From Terriglobia bacterium (lineage in GTDB: Bacteria > Acidobacteriota > Terriglobia > Terriglobales > Acidobacteriaceae), in the NCBI GenBank assembly GCA_963797845.1, contig CAWCRE010000007.1, positions 13,851-77,850 on the forward strand: a DNA stretch of 64,000 bases, in the 5' to 3' direction. The translations under genes and the position numbers were made by a program. This document shows positions 54,956-64,000 of the stretch, one piece after another; positions within the stretch are counted from its first letter, which is position 1; every line of letters begins with the position of its first letter. The notes beneath the pieces are model-generated. The model did no database searches. It saw only the letters and a list, made by a program, of their open reading frames with translations, and had not been told where the DNA came from.

Positions 54956-55300
54956 ATGACCGTGTTCAGCAAAATACTGATTCTGTTCTCGCTGTTCGCG
55001 ATCCTGGTCGCAACCGCGGCCGCTCAGGTTTCGTTTGTTCCCGCGTCACCTGGCCCGCAACCTGCCGGATGTCATCAGCCAGCTTCCAAGACCCCCGCGC
55101 CAGTGACTTACACTTGCTGCCAGGCCGGACATGATTCTTTGTTGCTGCTGAACTCCGACTTCGTTCACGCATCCGCGCAAGTCGCAACCCATGTCCCGCC
55201 GGTAACTCCGATCTTTGTCGATCACCTACTTGTCGCGTCCCCTAGTTACTCTGCGTCCCCTCCTGGCCATTCCTCTCTAATCTTATCCATTCGCGTCTAG
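54956..55300 (+). CDS. small secreted Cys/His-containing protein
   Basis: Signal peptide MTVFSKILILFSLFAILVATAAAQ, followed by GCHQ...YTCCQAGHD. Confidence 0.5.
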   Translation: MTVFSKILILFSLFAILVATAAAQVSFVPASPGPQPAGCHQPASKTPAPVTYTCCQAGHDSLLLLNSDFVHASAQVATHVPPVTPIFVDHLLVASPSYSASPPGHSSLILSIRV

Positions 55301-55366
55301 CCCTCACCCCAATTTCTGCGGAATGTGCTGCTGCAGAGTTGTCTGACTTTCGGATTGAGGTGAGCC

Positions 55367-56644
55367 TTGCGTGTGTCTGTCGTAATCACTGTTCTATGGC
55401 TGTCTATGTGCTTCTCGGCTTCGGCCCAGGAAGACAGCCACGCTATGCACGACATGTCCGGAATGCACATGGACATGAGCGCGCTGACATTCATGCCCTC
55501 GCCGCATGCCGGGTCCGGCACCGGCTGGCAGCCAGCATCGGTTCCGGCGCGAATCTGGATGAAAAAGTGGGGAAGCTGGGATGTGATGGCGCACGGCGCG
55601 TTGTTTCTCACCTACAACCAGCAAGGCGGCCCTCGCGGAGAAGGCAAGGCCGAGTCGGTGAATTACCTGATGTTCATGGAACAGCATTCCTTAGGCAAAG
55701 GGACGATTTTATTCCGCGAGATGTTCTCCGCGGAGTCGCTGACTTCGCCGCATCCCGGATTTCCGCTTTTGTTCCAGACCGGCGAGACTTATCGCGGGCA
55801 TGCGCTGGTTGATCACCAGCATCCGCACAATGTTTTTGCCGAATTGGCGTTGCTCTACACCAGGCCGCTGACCGAAAAAATTTCCTGGGAATTCTACGGC
55901 GGTCCTGTCGGAGAACCTGCGCTCGGCCCAGTTACTTACATCCATCGCGAGTCGGCTTCGGAAAATCCAGCCGCACCGCTCAGCCATCACTTGCAGGATT
56001 CCACCCACACCAGCTTTGGCGTGGTTACCACGGGAATCATTATCGATCGCTTCCGCCTGGAAGCTTCTGCGTTCAATGGTCGCGAACCCGGAGAAAAGCG
56101 TTACGAGATCATGCCGGCGGCGCTCGATTCCTGGTCGGGCCGCTTGACCGTCGTGCCCTCGCGAAACTGGACTGCGCAGTACAGTTTCGGACGACTCGAA
56201 CATCCTGAGGCGCTGGAACCAGGGAGCGAGTTCCGCCAGACCGCATCGGTCGAGTACAACCGCCCGATCACGTCGGGAAACTGGGCCACATCGGTCATCT
56301 GGGGCCGCAAACGCAAACTGGCCGATGACACGGTGCAGAACAGCTATCTGCTCGAGTCCACCATGAATTTCTGGCAGAAGGACTATGCCTATACCCGACT
56401 TGAGTTGGTGGACAAGGACGAGTTATTCCCCGCGTCTCCGACTCATCCCTCGTATCGCATCGGCGCGTACACCTTGGGCGGGGTGCGCGACTTGATCCAG
56501 GACTCCAATTGGCAGATCGGTCTGGGGGCTGACGTGACGTTTTATTCAAAGCCCGCCGTTCTGGACTCGTTCTACGGAGACAATCCGGTGTCCTTCCACG
56601 TGTTTCTAAGAATTCGTCCGGGAGGCGCCGGTCATCACCACTGA
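55367..56644 (+). CDS. putative outer-membrane beta-barrel protein with a Met/His-rich N-terminus
   Basis: TTG start after GAGGTGA. Signal peptide VVITVLWLSMCFSASA, then QEDSHAMHDMSGMHMDMSALTFMP. The body is aromatic-rich with alternating residues, and the protein ends in GAGHHH. Confidence 0.6.
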   Translation: MRVSVVITVLWLSMCFSASAQEDSHAMHDMSGMHMDMSALTFMPSPHAGSGTGWQPASVPARIWMKKWGSWDVMAHGALFLTYNQQGGPRGEGKAESVNYLMFMEQHSLGKGTILFREMFSAESLTSPHPGFPLLFQTGETYRGHALVDHQHPHNVFAELALLYTRPLTEKISWEFYGGPVGEPALGPVTYIHRESASENPAAPLSHHLQDSTHTSFGVVTTGIIIDRFRLEASAFNGREPGEKRYEIMPAALDSWSGRLTVVPSRNWTAQYSFGRLEHPEALEPGSEFRQTASVEYNRPITSGNWATSVIWGRKRKLADDTVQNSYLLESTMNFWQKDYAYTRLELVDKDELFPASPTHPSYRIGAYTLGGVRDLIQDSNWQIGLGADVTFYSKPAVLDSFYGDNPVSFHVFLRIRPGGAGHHH

Positions 56645-56700
56645 TGCAAATCGCACGAAATATACGCAAGCGGCACGCAGTGCTAAACTAAGCCAACTTT

Positions 56701-57617
56701 ATGGCAGAAAACGGACGTTCGCGCACACTGCTCTGGGTGGTGATCGGAGGAGGAGCGTTCTTCCTCTTTGTGTTGGCCGTGTTCACGCTGGTGTATCTGA
56801 CGCTGCATGCCGGCGGACGAGAGCCTCGTCTTGCACGGCTTTGGCGACAGCATCGGCGTCGTCGATCTGGAAGGCGTCATTCTTTCGCCGAAACCAGTGG
56901 TCGACCAGCTCAAGAAGTTCAATGATGACGATTCCATCAAGGCCATCATCATTCATGTGAATTCGCCCGGCGGTGGCGTGGCCGCCTCAGAAGAGATTTA
57001 TCGCGAGGTCAAACGCATTCGCGATCAGAAGAAGAAACCGATCGTGGCTTCGATCGAGACCGTGGGTGCGAGCGGCGCATATTACGTTTCGTCCGCGACC
57101 AACAAAATTTACGCCGACAATGGCAGCGTCGTGGGATCGATCGGCGTGATTTCCGAGTGGGTGAACTACGGCGACCTGCTGCACTGGGCGAAGCTGAAAG
57201 AGGAGATTCTGAAAGTTGGCGAATTCAAAGATACCGGCGATCCCACTCGCGAACTGACCCCCGCCGAGCGTGCCTACATGCAAGGCCTGATCGATAACAT
57301 GTACTTCCAGTTTGTGCAGGCGGTGGCCGATGGCCGGGGCAGGAAGTTCGACGAGATCAAGCCGATCGCCGATGGCAGGGTCTGGACCGGCGAGCAGGCG
57401 CTCTCGATGAAGATGGTGGATCAGATTGCCGATTTCCAGGCAGCGGTTGAAGATACCGCTAAGTCGGTGGGGATAAAAGGCGAACCGACCCTGGTGCGCC
57501 CGGAGAAGGACCACAAGAGCGTTACTGGACTTGCTGTTTGGGGACGTTTCGCAGTGGATCCCCAGCAATGGAAACGCGTTGGAGCATCACATGGGGTTTT
57601 ATTATCTGTGGAAGTGA
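56701..57617 (+). pseudogene. sppA: signal peptide peptidase SppA (36K type), 2 frameshifts (about 56815 and 57520)
   Basis: N-terminal TM LLWVVIGGGAFFLFVLAVFTLVYL / IGVVDLEGVI...KAIIIHVNSPGGGVAASEEIY...KPIVASIETVGASGAYYVSSATNKIYADNGSVVGSIGV...GEFKDTGDP...GRVWTGEQALSMKMVDQI / the C-terminus is in a third frame. Confidence 0.8.
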
Positions 57618-57768
57618 GGGCGGTCGCTCCACCGGCAAACTTGCGGAGCCACGACTTGCACTTGCGCAGAACCCCTGAAATTTGAGAAGTTTATGCAGGC
57701 CCATTCAGTGGCGGAGGGGCCAGCTACCACAAAACGCCACCCAGTTCAGGCAGACGGAGCGATGGGGC

Positions 57769-58116
57769 ATGACAAAAGCGGATCTGATCGACGAGGTATC
57801 GCGGCTGGCAGAGCTTACGCGCAAAGACAGCGAAGTGATTGTAGAGACGATCTTTGATAGCGTCGTGCGCTCGCTGCGCGTGGGAGACAAGATCGAGATT
57901 CGCGGCTTTGGCAGTTTCCGCACCCGCCAGCGCAAGCCCCGCGTGGGACGCAATCCCAAGACCGGCGACCGCGTCGAAGTTCCAGCGAAGAAGATTCCAT
58001 TCTTCAAGCCCAGTAAAGAATTGAAAGACCTGGTGAATAGCGGAGTCGCGGAGAGTGCACCGAGCGCACCTCCAGCACCAGCGGCGCCCCCCGCGTCATC
58101 AGCGCCACAAGGCTAG
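57769..58116 (+). CDS. HU/IHF-family DNA-binding protein with a Pro/Ala-rich C-terminal tail
   Basis: MTKADLIDEVS...IEIRGFGSFRTRQRKPRVGRNPKTGDRVEVPAKKIPFFKPSKELK, followed by the tail APSAPPAPAAPPASSAPQG. Confidence 0.85.
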   Translation: MTKADLIDEVSRLAELTRKDSEVIVETIFDSVVRSLRVGDKIEIRGFGSFRTRQRKPRVGRNPKTGDRVEVPAKKIPFFKPSKELKDLVNSGVAESAPSAPPAPAAPPASSAPQG

Positions 58117-58146
58117 AGTTTCCTTTCGAAATTTTAACTAGTGGAG

Positions 58147-58175
58147 AGACGCAGTTCGCTGCGTCTTTCGTTTTT
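58147..58175 (+). terminator. rho-independent terminator after the HU/IHF gene
   Basis: agacgcag ttcg ctgcgtct followed by ttcgttttt. Confidence 0.7.
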
Positions 58176-58280
58176 AGCGCCTAAGCCGAAGCAAGTAATC
58201 CCCAACGATAGATTCCTGTTCGCCACCTGAACGAGGGCCTGTTCCCATCCTCGCCCCTTCTCTGAGAAACTACTTACGAG

Positions 58281-59057
58281 ATGGCCAAAGTTTATTTCTC
58301 CCCTGAGCTTTTTCGCTTCCTGCAACAACTGAAGCGCAACAACCGCCGCGAATGGTTCTTGAAGAACAAGCCCCGTTACGAAGAACTCCTACGGCAGCCC
58401 AGTCTTCAGTTCATCACGGACTTCAGCTTGCGGGCACGAGAGATCAGTCCGTGGCTGGTGGCGAGCCCGAAACCAATGGGCGGATCTCTGATGCGAATCT
58501 ACCGCGACATCCGTTTTTCGAAAGATAAAACTCCATACAAGACGAATGTCGGCATGCACTTTGGCAACGCCGGTTCGAAGGACGGCATTCATGGCGCGAG
58601 TCTTTATCTCCATCTCGCGCCTGGAGAAAGCTTTCTGGCGGGAGGGTGCTGGCATCCGGATGCGAAATCGCTGGCGCGCATTCGCGATGCGATTGCATGG
58701 AAGAGCGACGAGTGGAAGGCGGCGACCCGACGGTTAACTTTAGGCGGCGATGGCTTGACCCGGCCTCCGCGAGGGTACAGGGCCGACCATCCGATGATTG
58801 AAGATTTGAAGCGGACCGACTTCGTGGCGTCGATCGAGTTTTCCGATACCGAGGTGTGTGGAACCCGCTTTATGAGCGAGGTGGTGGCCGCAGGAAAGAA
58901 GATGAGTCCGATGCTGAAATTTCTGTCGCAGGCGGTGGGGCTGCAGGTTTTGAATGCGAACGTCTATCGCTGTGAAAGGGGGTTTCCCAGCGCGTCGGTT
59001 TCGAGGCGAAGCCGTGACTTCGGGCGGAGTTGGCGAGATCAGTTCGGTGGTATTTGA
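58281..59057 (+). CDS. DUF2461 (TIGR02453)-family protein
   Basis: FSPELFRFLQQLKRNNRREWFLKNKPRYEE...MRIYRDIRFSKDKTPYKTN...LYLHLAPGESFLAGGCWHP...RPPRGY. The last 35 or so codons look non-homologous, so the true stop may be earlier. Confidence 0.7.
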   Translation: MAKVYFSPELFRFLQQLKRNNRREWFLKNKPRYEELLRQPSLQFITDFSLRAREISPWLVASPKPMGGSLMRIYRDIRFSKDKTPYKTNVGMHFGNAGSKDGIHGASLYLHLAPGESFLAGGCWHPDAKSLARIRDAIAWKSDEWKAATRRLTLGGDGLTRPPRGYRADHPMIEDLKRTDFVASIEFSDTEVCGTRFMSEVVAAGKKMSPMLKFLSQAVGLQVLNANVYRCERGFPSASVSRRSRDFGRSWRDQFGGI

Positions 59058-59226
59058 GGACTCGATGGTGTCGACCATGGAATCCGCAGGTGTCACAACC
59101 ACACCTCGATGCAGTTGTCCGCCTGTTCGATCAAGAGCTGACTCTTCAAGCTGAACTCGCACTGGTTAAGTACCACCGACGGAAGCGTAGCGCGGTAGGG
59201 AACTCAGGTCAATGATCCGAAATGCT

Positions 59227-60331
59227 CTAGTTCGAACGTCGGTTAGCAGGTAGATACAGCTCTGCGACCTTCAATGCCAGCACGCCGGGCTCAGTATCTG
59301 CGCGGTTGGATAGTACGATGACGGTGAGATGGTCGTCCGGAAAGCGCTGGATATTGTTGCGGAAGCCTTGGGTTTCGCCGTAATGCCACATGCGGCGATG
59401 GCCGTGGTAAGGGTCGACATACCATCCGAAACCGTAGGCTGCGGGTTTGTTGTCAGGGCCTTTTACGGAATCGTCAGGGACTTCTACCGGAGTCAGCGCC
59501 GGGCGCCATCTCTGCTTCGCTGAGCAGCGTGTGATTGCGGAGCGCGGCCTCCCATTTCTCGAGATCATGCAGCGAGGTGTAGACGCCGCCGTCGCCGAGC
59601 GTGGCCGAAGTCGAGCTCTGGTCGGTCTGCTGCCAATGGCCGCTGACGAGAGAGTGCCCGTAGGCGCGATTTGTGACCTCGTTCTTGCCTTTCTGGTAGG
59701 CGATGGTGTGATCCATGTGCAGCGGAGTGAAAATTCTGTCTTGCAGAAATTGTCCGAAGGGCTTGCCTGAAATCTTTTCTACCACCAGGCCGAGCAATAC
59801 GTAGCCCGAGTTGCTGTAGTCCCAATGCGTGCCGGGCGCGAACTTGCCTGAGTTCTGTTTCTCTAGCAATGCTAGAACGCCGTCGTCCTGAATCTGGTCC
59901 AGCTTTTCTTCCGGAACGTTGTCCTGCGAGGGCATCAGGTCCTCATAGTCTTTGAGGCCGGAAGTGTGGTTCAGAAGATGTCTGATGGTGATCTTTTTGC
60001 CGTACGGCGGGAAGTCAGGGAAGACGTCGGTGAGGTGGTCTTCATAGTGCAGCTTGCCATCGTGGACCAGCAGCATGATTGCTGTCGCCGTGAATTGCTT
60101 GGTTAATGACGCAAGGCGGAAGTTGGTGTCGGCGTCAATTTTGTGGCGTGTTCGAAGATCGGTAACGCCGTATCCGCGCTCAAATTGGACTTTTCCGTCT
60201 TTTATCACTAGCACCGCTAGACCTGGAGCCGCTTCGGAATGATAGGTTGCAAAGATGGAATCGATTTGCGCGGGAGTCTGGGCGGTTAGGGGAATTGCGA
60301 GCGCAGCGATGAAAATTAAGCGATTCAGCAC
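59227..60331 (-). pseudogene. beta-lactamase-fold serine hydrolase (class C / PBP4*-like), one frameshift near 59510
   Basis: GTG start and a signal peptide. The SxxK motif is FRLASLTKQF, followed by YSNSGYVLLG. After the shift: ...YGFGWYVDPYHGHRRMWHYGETQGFRNNIQRFPDDHLTVIVLSN. Confidence 0.8.
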
Positions 60332-60357
60332 GCCGTATCTTAGAACAAAATCTTAAA

Positions 60358-60402
60358 ACGCAGAGAACGCTGAGAATGACCGCAGAGAACGCAGAGAAAA
60401 AC
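60358..60402. repeat. tandem word array (cgcagagaa-type, 4 units)
   Basis: Sequence: acgcagagaacgctgagaatgaccgcagagaacgcagagaaaaac. It is followed by aaggacactaaggattacgaaggaac and the hairpin ccccga cttcgc tcgggg plus cgtcattc. Confidence 0.5.
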
Positions 60403-60481
60403 AGGGTCAACCACAAAGGACACTAAGGATTACGAAGGAACGCACGGTTCCCCCGACTTCGCTCGGGGCGTCATTCAACTG

Positions 60482-61347
60482 TTACTTTCGAATTCCGGCC
60501 ACTCCCATCAGGCGTCCGGTTTTGCCTTTTTCAGCGCGGAACGAGAACAGCTTGTCGGTGTGGCACGAAGTGCAAAGCGCTTCGGCCCAATGTTCTTCGC
60601 CGGTACGCCGGCATCCACAAGTTGACGACGATTGGCTTCCACAAGGTCCAGCCAGATCTTTTTCGGCAACTCGCTGTGACCCGGGGCGCGCGCGGTCAGG
60701 AACAGCAATGGATAACGCTCGTGAATCTCGTCGGATTCTTTGGTTTCGTGAAACAGTTTGTCGGCATAAGCGAATTGTGAGTGGAATTGGTCCCGGACTT
60801 CCTCGCCCACCTGGTAGCAGCAGTTGTGCACGCCGGGTCCGATCGCCGCGTGGATGTCCCGCGCTCGACTTCCGAAGTAGCGCCGCATTTCGCCAACGCC
60901 CTTCTCGACGATGCGCTTGACCGTGCCTCGCCAGCCCGCGTGGAAGACCCCAATAGCGTGCGCCCGAATATCGACCAGAATTACAGGAATGCAGTCCGCG
61001 GTCTGCACCGCCAGCAGCAGCCCCGGAGTCGCGGAGATCAGACCGTCGCCAGCCAGGTGGTTCTCGGGAACCGAGTCCACGGCGTGAATGAGATCGGAGT
61101 GCACCTGTCGCAGGGTGATCAGAGGCCAACCTTCGGCCCGCAGAGTTTTCAAAAGCAGCGCGCGGTTCCGTTCGACGGCGGTGCGGGAATCGTCCTTGGT
61201 GAATCCGAGATTGAGGTCGGACTTGCCATAAGCCCTCGAATATCCGCCCTGGCGAGTGCTGAAGGCGTGGATCAGCCAGGGGATTTTCTTAAGACTACCG
61301 TCGTAGAGCAGGGATGGTTTGGTTTTCTTTGCGACCGAGGCTGGCAC
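60482..61347 (-). pseudogene. pgeF: polyphenol-oxidase/YfiH-family protein (PgeF, DUF152), one frameshift near 60590
   Basis: IHAFSTRQGG...LRQVHSDLI...GDGLISATPGLLLAVQTADCIPVILVD...GVFHAGWRGT...IGPGVHNCCYQVGEEV... / the C-terminus ...ALCTSCHTDKLFSFRAEKGKTGRLMGVAGI is in a second frame. Confidence 0.8.
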
Positions 61348-61555
61348 ATGTCCATATTAGCTGATGCAGCGTCGATGCGATTGGGACAACGCGGAAGTAG
61401 GAAGTCAGAATGCAGGTTTCAGGTGTCGGTTGGTTCCGGCTTTACTTCCGCACTCTTCCTTCAACCTTCCGCATTGCCTTATTCGCGGCGTTATAATCAT
61501 GGACTGCCAAACGCGGCACTCCATCGTGATTCGATATTCTACTGAAAGGTCCACT

Positions 61556-63226
61556 ATGCGTTCGCGTCTTCTCCTCTCGACGGCTTTCTTCGTGCTGGCT
61601 GCTTTGGCCTCTGCTCAGCAGAGTTCTCAAACCACTCAGCCAAAGGCGAAACATCCCAATATCGAGGCGCAGGCGCAAACCAAGGCCCAGGAAGCACAAC
61701 CCGAGAAGCCGACCCCGTCTCCGACGGCAAATCCTCCGGAGAAGATGGCCAATGCTCCCGATGAAACCAAAGCCGTGGCGGCTGGTGATAAAGATAAAGA
61801 GGAGCGGTTCGACGTCAGTGAAGTTCCCCCGGTCGTGACCCACCATCAAGTCACGGTGGATGGCAAATTGTTGCGTTACACGGCAACAACCGGACGGTTG
61901 CCGATCAAGCGCGGCGACGGCAAGATCGACGCCGAGATGTTTTTTGTCGCTTACTCGTTAGATGGACAGGACAACGCGCACCGGCCACTGACTTTCGCCT
62001 TCAATGGCGGCCCAGGGTCGGCTTCGATCTGGCTGCACATGGGCGCGCTGGGCCCGAAGCGAGTCGTACTTCAACCCGATGGATTCATGCCGCCAGCGCC
62101 CTACCGCATGGAAGACAATCCTTACGCTTTGCTCGATAAGAGCGACTTGGTCATGGTGGACGCGATCGGCACCGGATTCAGTCGGGCCGCGACGATCGAG
62201 ATTTCGAAAAAATATTGGGGCGTCAAGGGCGACATCGAATCGTTTGGAGAATTCATTCGCCTCTATCTGACACGCTACGAGCGCTGGAATTCTCCGCTGT
62301 TCCTGTTCGGAGAGAGTTACGGAACAACGCGATCTGCCGGAGTCGCAGGCTACCTCGCCGATCACGGAATTTCGTTCAACGGAATCACCTTGCTATCGAT
62401 GGTGCTGGATTTCGAAACCCTGATCACCAACAAGACCAATGACTTGGCGTATCCGATGTTGTTGCCAAGCTTCACCATGATCGCCGGCTATCATCACAAG
62501 CTTCCGCCCGACCTGCAGCAGGACCTGAACAAGGCGCGAGAAGAATCGGTGCAATGGGCGTCGGGGGAATACACGCAGGCGTTAGCGAAAGGGGATGGGC
62601 TGTCGCAGGACGAAAGGCAGAAGGTGATCGATCAACTGGCACGCTTTACCGGTCTGGACAAAGCGGTGATCGACCAGGCGAACTTGCGGGTCAACGTGCA
62701 GAAGTTCACGCATTACCTGATGATCGACCAGAAGCTCCGGGTGGGAAGATTGGATGGCCGGTTCACAGGTCCCGACCCGGAAGGATTGCTGGACACGCGT
62801 TTCTATGATCCCACAGGCGCGCAGACTTTACCGCCATTCACTTCCGTGTTCAACAATTACCTGCGAACGGAGCTCGGGTACAAAACCGATATGCCGTACT
62901 ACGTTTTCGCGCAGCAAGCCGGGTTTGATCAATGGGATTGGGGAAAGGGAATCGAAGGTTTCCCCGACACAGCTTCGGCCTTGCGCGAGGCGATTGTAAA
63001 GAATCCGTATTTGAAGATTTTGGTGATGGAAGGCTATTACGATCTAGCCACGCCGTTTATGGCCGCGAATTACACGGTCGATCATTTGGATGTTCCCTCC
63101 AAATATCATCAGAACATCTCGTTCGCGACGTATGATGCCGGGCACATGGTCTATCTTCCGATGGACGGACTCAAGAAGATGAAGGCCGACCAGGCAAACT
63201 TCATGGCCCATTCGATGGGCCAGTAA
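61556..63226 (+). CDS. secreted serine carboxypeptidase (peptidase S10 family)
   Basis: Signal peptide [20 protein letters not shown] and a low-complexity linker. [21 protein letters not shown], catalytic GESYGTTR, and C-terminal YDAGHMV. Confidence 0.8.
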   Translation: MRSRLLLSTAFFVLAALASAQQSSQTTQPKAKHPNIEAQAQTKAQEAQPEKPTPSPTANPPEKMANAPDETKAVAAGDKDKEERFDVSEVPPVVTHHQVTVDGKLLRYTATTGRLPIKRGDGKIDAEMFFVAYSLDGQDNAHRPLTFAFNGGPGSASIWLHMGALGPKRVVLQPDGFMPPAPYRMEDNPYALLDKSDLVMVDAIGTGFSRAATIEISKKYWGVKGDIESFGEFIRLYLTRYERWNSPLFLFGESYGTTRSAGVAGYLADHGISFNGITLLSMVLDFETLITNKTNDLAYPMLLPSFTMIAGYHHKLPPDLQQDLNKAREESVQWASGEYTQALAKGDGLSQDERQKVIDQLARFTGLDKAVIDQANLRVNVQKFTHYLMIDQKLRVGRLDGRFTGPDPEGLLDTRFYDPTGAQTLPPFTSVFNNYLRTELGYKTDMPYYVFAQQAGFDQWDWGKGIEGFPDTASALREAIVKNPYLKILVMEGYYDLATPFMAANYTVDHLDVPSKYHQNISFATYDAGHMVYLPMDGLKKMKADQANFMAHSMGQ

Positions 63227-63300
63227 ACCCAAGTACTGCGGTGCGCACCAATCCCAAGCTGCCCTTGCGCCATGGGAATGCTTAGGATACAAACACCTTC

Positions 63301-64000
63301 ATGCGTCGTTTCGTTGCTCTGATTCCATTGCTGCTGGCCTCTTTTGCTGTCCTCGTCGCCGCCCAGCAGAAGCCAGCCTCTGCTTCGCCTGCGACGGAGA
63401 AACCATCCGCTTCGCCCGATTACTCCCAGGAAGCTTACGTTGTCGAGAGCTACCGGACGTCTTATCGCTTTGAAAACGACGGAACCGGGGTGCGCGAGTT
63501 GCGCGCGCGAATCAAAGTGCAGAGTGAGGCGGGGCTTGAGCAGTGGGGGCAACTTATATTTGGCTACAACTCGGCCAACGAGAAAGTGGAGATTCCTTAC
63601 GTTCGAGTGCTGAAGGCCGACGGCAGTATCGTCACCGCTCCTGCGGATTCGGTGCAGGATCTGAGTGCTCCCATCGAACGCGAAGCTCCGGTTTACACCG
63701 ACTACCGACAGAAGCACATCACGGTACCAGGCCTGCGACCGGGCGAAGTTCTGGAATATGACATCGTGAGCACGATTCACACCCCTTTGGCCCCGGGACA
63801 ATTCTGGATGGAGCACAGCTTCCTGAAAGACGAGATCGTTCTTGACGAACAGCTGGAACTGAACGTGCCAAAAGAACGGCGGCTCGAAGTCAAGAACCAG
63901 CCTGGAATTCAGCCGAAAATCACGGAGGAGAATGGCCGCAAGATTTATCGGTGGAGCAGTTCCCACCGCGTTCGCGAAGACGAAGCAGCCGAGAAGAAGA
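63301..64000 (+). CDS. secreted DUF3857-like (transglutaminase-associated) protein, 3' end beyond the window
   Basis: I translated this open frame manually; it is not in the ORF track because no stop falls in the window. MRRFVALIPLLLASFAVLVAAQQ...YVVESYRTSYRFENDGTGVRELRARIKVQSEAGLEQWGQLIFGYNSANEKVEIPYVRVLKADGSIV... Confidence 0.6.
   Translation, partial: MRRFVALIPLLLASFAVLVAAQQKPASASPATEKPSASPDYSQEAYVVESYRTSYRFENDGTGVRELRARIKVQSEAGLEQWGQLIFGYNSANEKVEIPYVRVLKADGSIVTAPADSVQDLSAPIEREAPVYTDYRQKHITVPGLRPGEVLEYDIVSTIHTPLAPGQFWMEHSFLKDEIVLDEQLELNVPKERRLEVKNQPGIQPKITEENGRKIYRWSSSHRVREDEAAEKK

Noticed and set aside
1-64000. Prophage, integrative element, transposase, toxin-antitoxin or known defence system
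   Set aside because: I looked for integrase or recombinase, transposase, capsid or terminase, restriction-modification, Cas, and nuclease/NTPase-type defence signatures in all listed ORFs and found none. The window reads as core chromosome plus an EPS locus.

Overview
GC-rich bacterial chromosomal segment whose gene content looks Acidobacteriota-like: PEGA-domain Ser/Thr kinase, an ECF sigma/kinase pair, many secreted orphan proteins, a MacAB-like efflux locus. This taxonomic call is an inference, with no rRNA or tRNA in the window to confirm it. Reading left to right:
- hemA and a TPR protein
- an ECF-sigma/Ser-Thr-kinase pair
- an rmlBACD dTDP-rhamnose operon
- a fur-family/ahpC/ahpD operon with a perfect 7-1-7 Fur box
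- an 11 kb Wzx/Wzy-type polysaccharide locus (wza, PCP, degenerate BY-kinase-like protein, priming sugar transferase, wzy, wzx, three GT4 domains), with a divergently transcribed LuxR-type regulator that has a pseudo-receiver
- a signalling and secreted-orphan stretch: membrane GcvH-like protein, PilZ-TonB fusion, AraC, aryl-CoA ligase, CheY, esterase-TPR, tandem PilZ
- a CoA-transferase plus four-subunit 2-oxoacid:ferredoxin oxidoreductase cluster
- a MacAB-like efflux locus with three FtsX permeases
- an SSS symporter, a PEGA-domain pseudokinase, a cNMP-binding protein, a low-complexity secreted protein, hbd, an MBL hydrolase, a possible metal-related membrane/OM trio, sppA, an HU/IHF protein, a beta-lactamase-fold hydrolase, pgeF, an S10 carboxypeptidase, and the start of a DUF3857-like protein.

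Two window-wide observations stand out.
1. By manual frame tracking, roughly 35-40 single-base frame disruptions hit otherwise well-conserved genes. They are strongly clustered at 1-9.3 kb, 34-47 kb and 53.6-61.3 kb, while 9.8-34.2 kb and 47.2-53.4 kb are clean. Consensus or assembly error is the most parsimonious explanation.
2. Four intergenic regions carry a family of REP/MITE-like elements built from short tandem words and a GTCATTCCGA...GAGGAATCTGC unit.

I found no CRISPR, tRNA, rRNA, transposase, integrase or recognisable defence system. I cannot point to one clear-cut novel multi-gene system. The best candidates are listed as findings with their limits stated.
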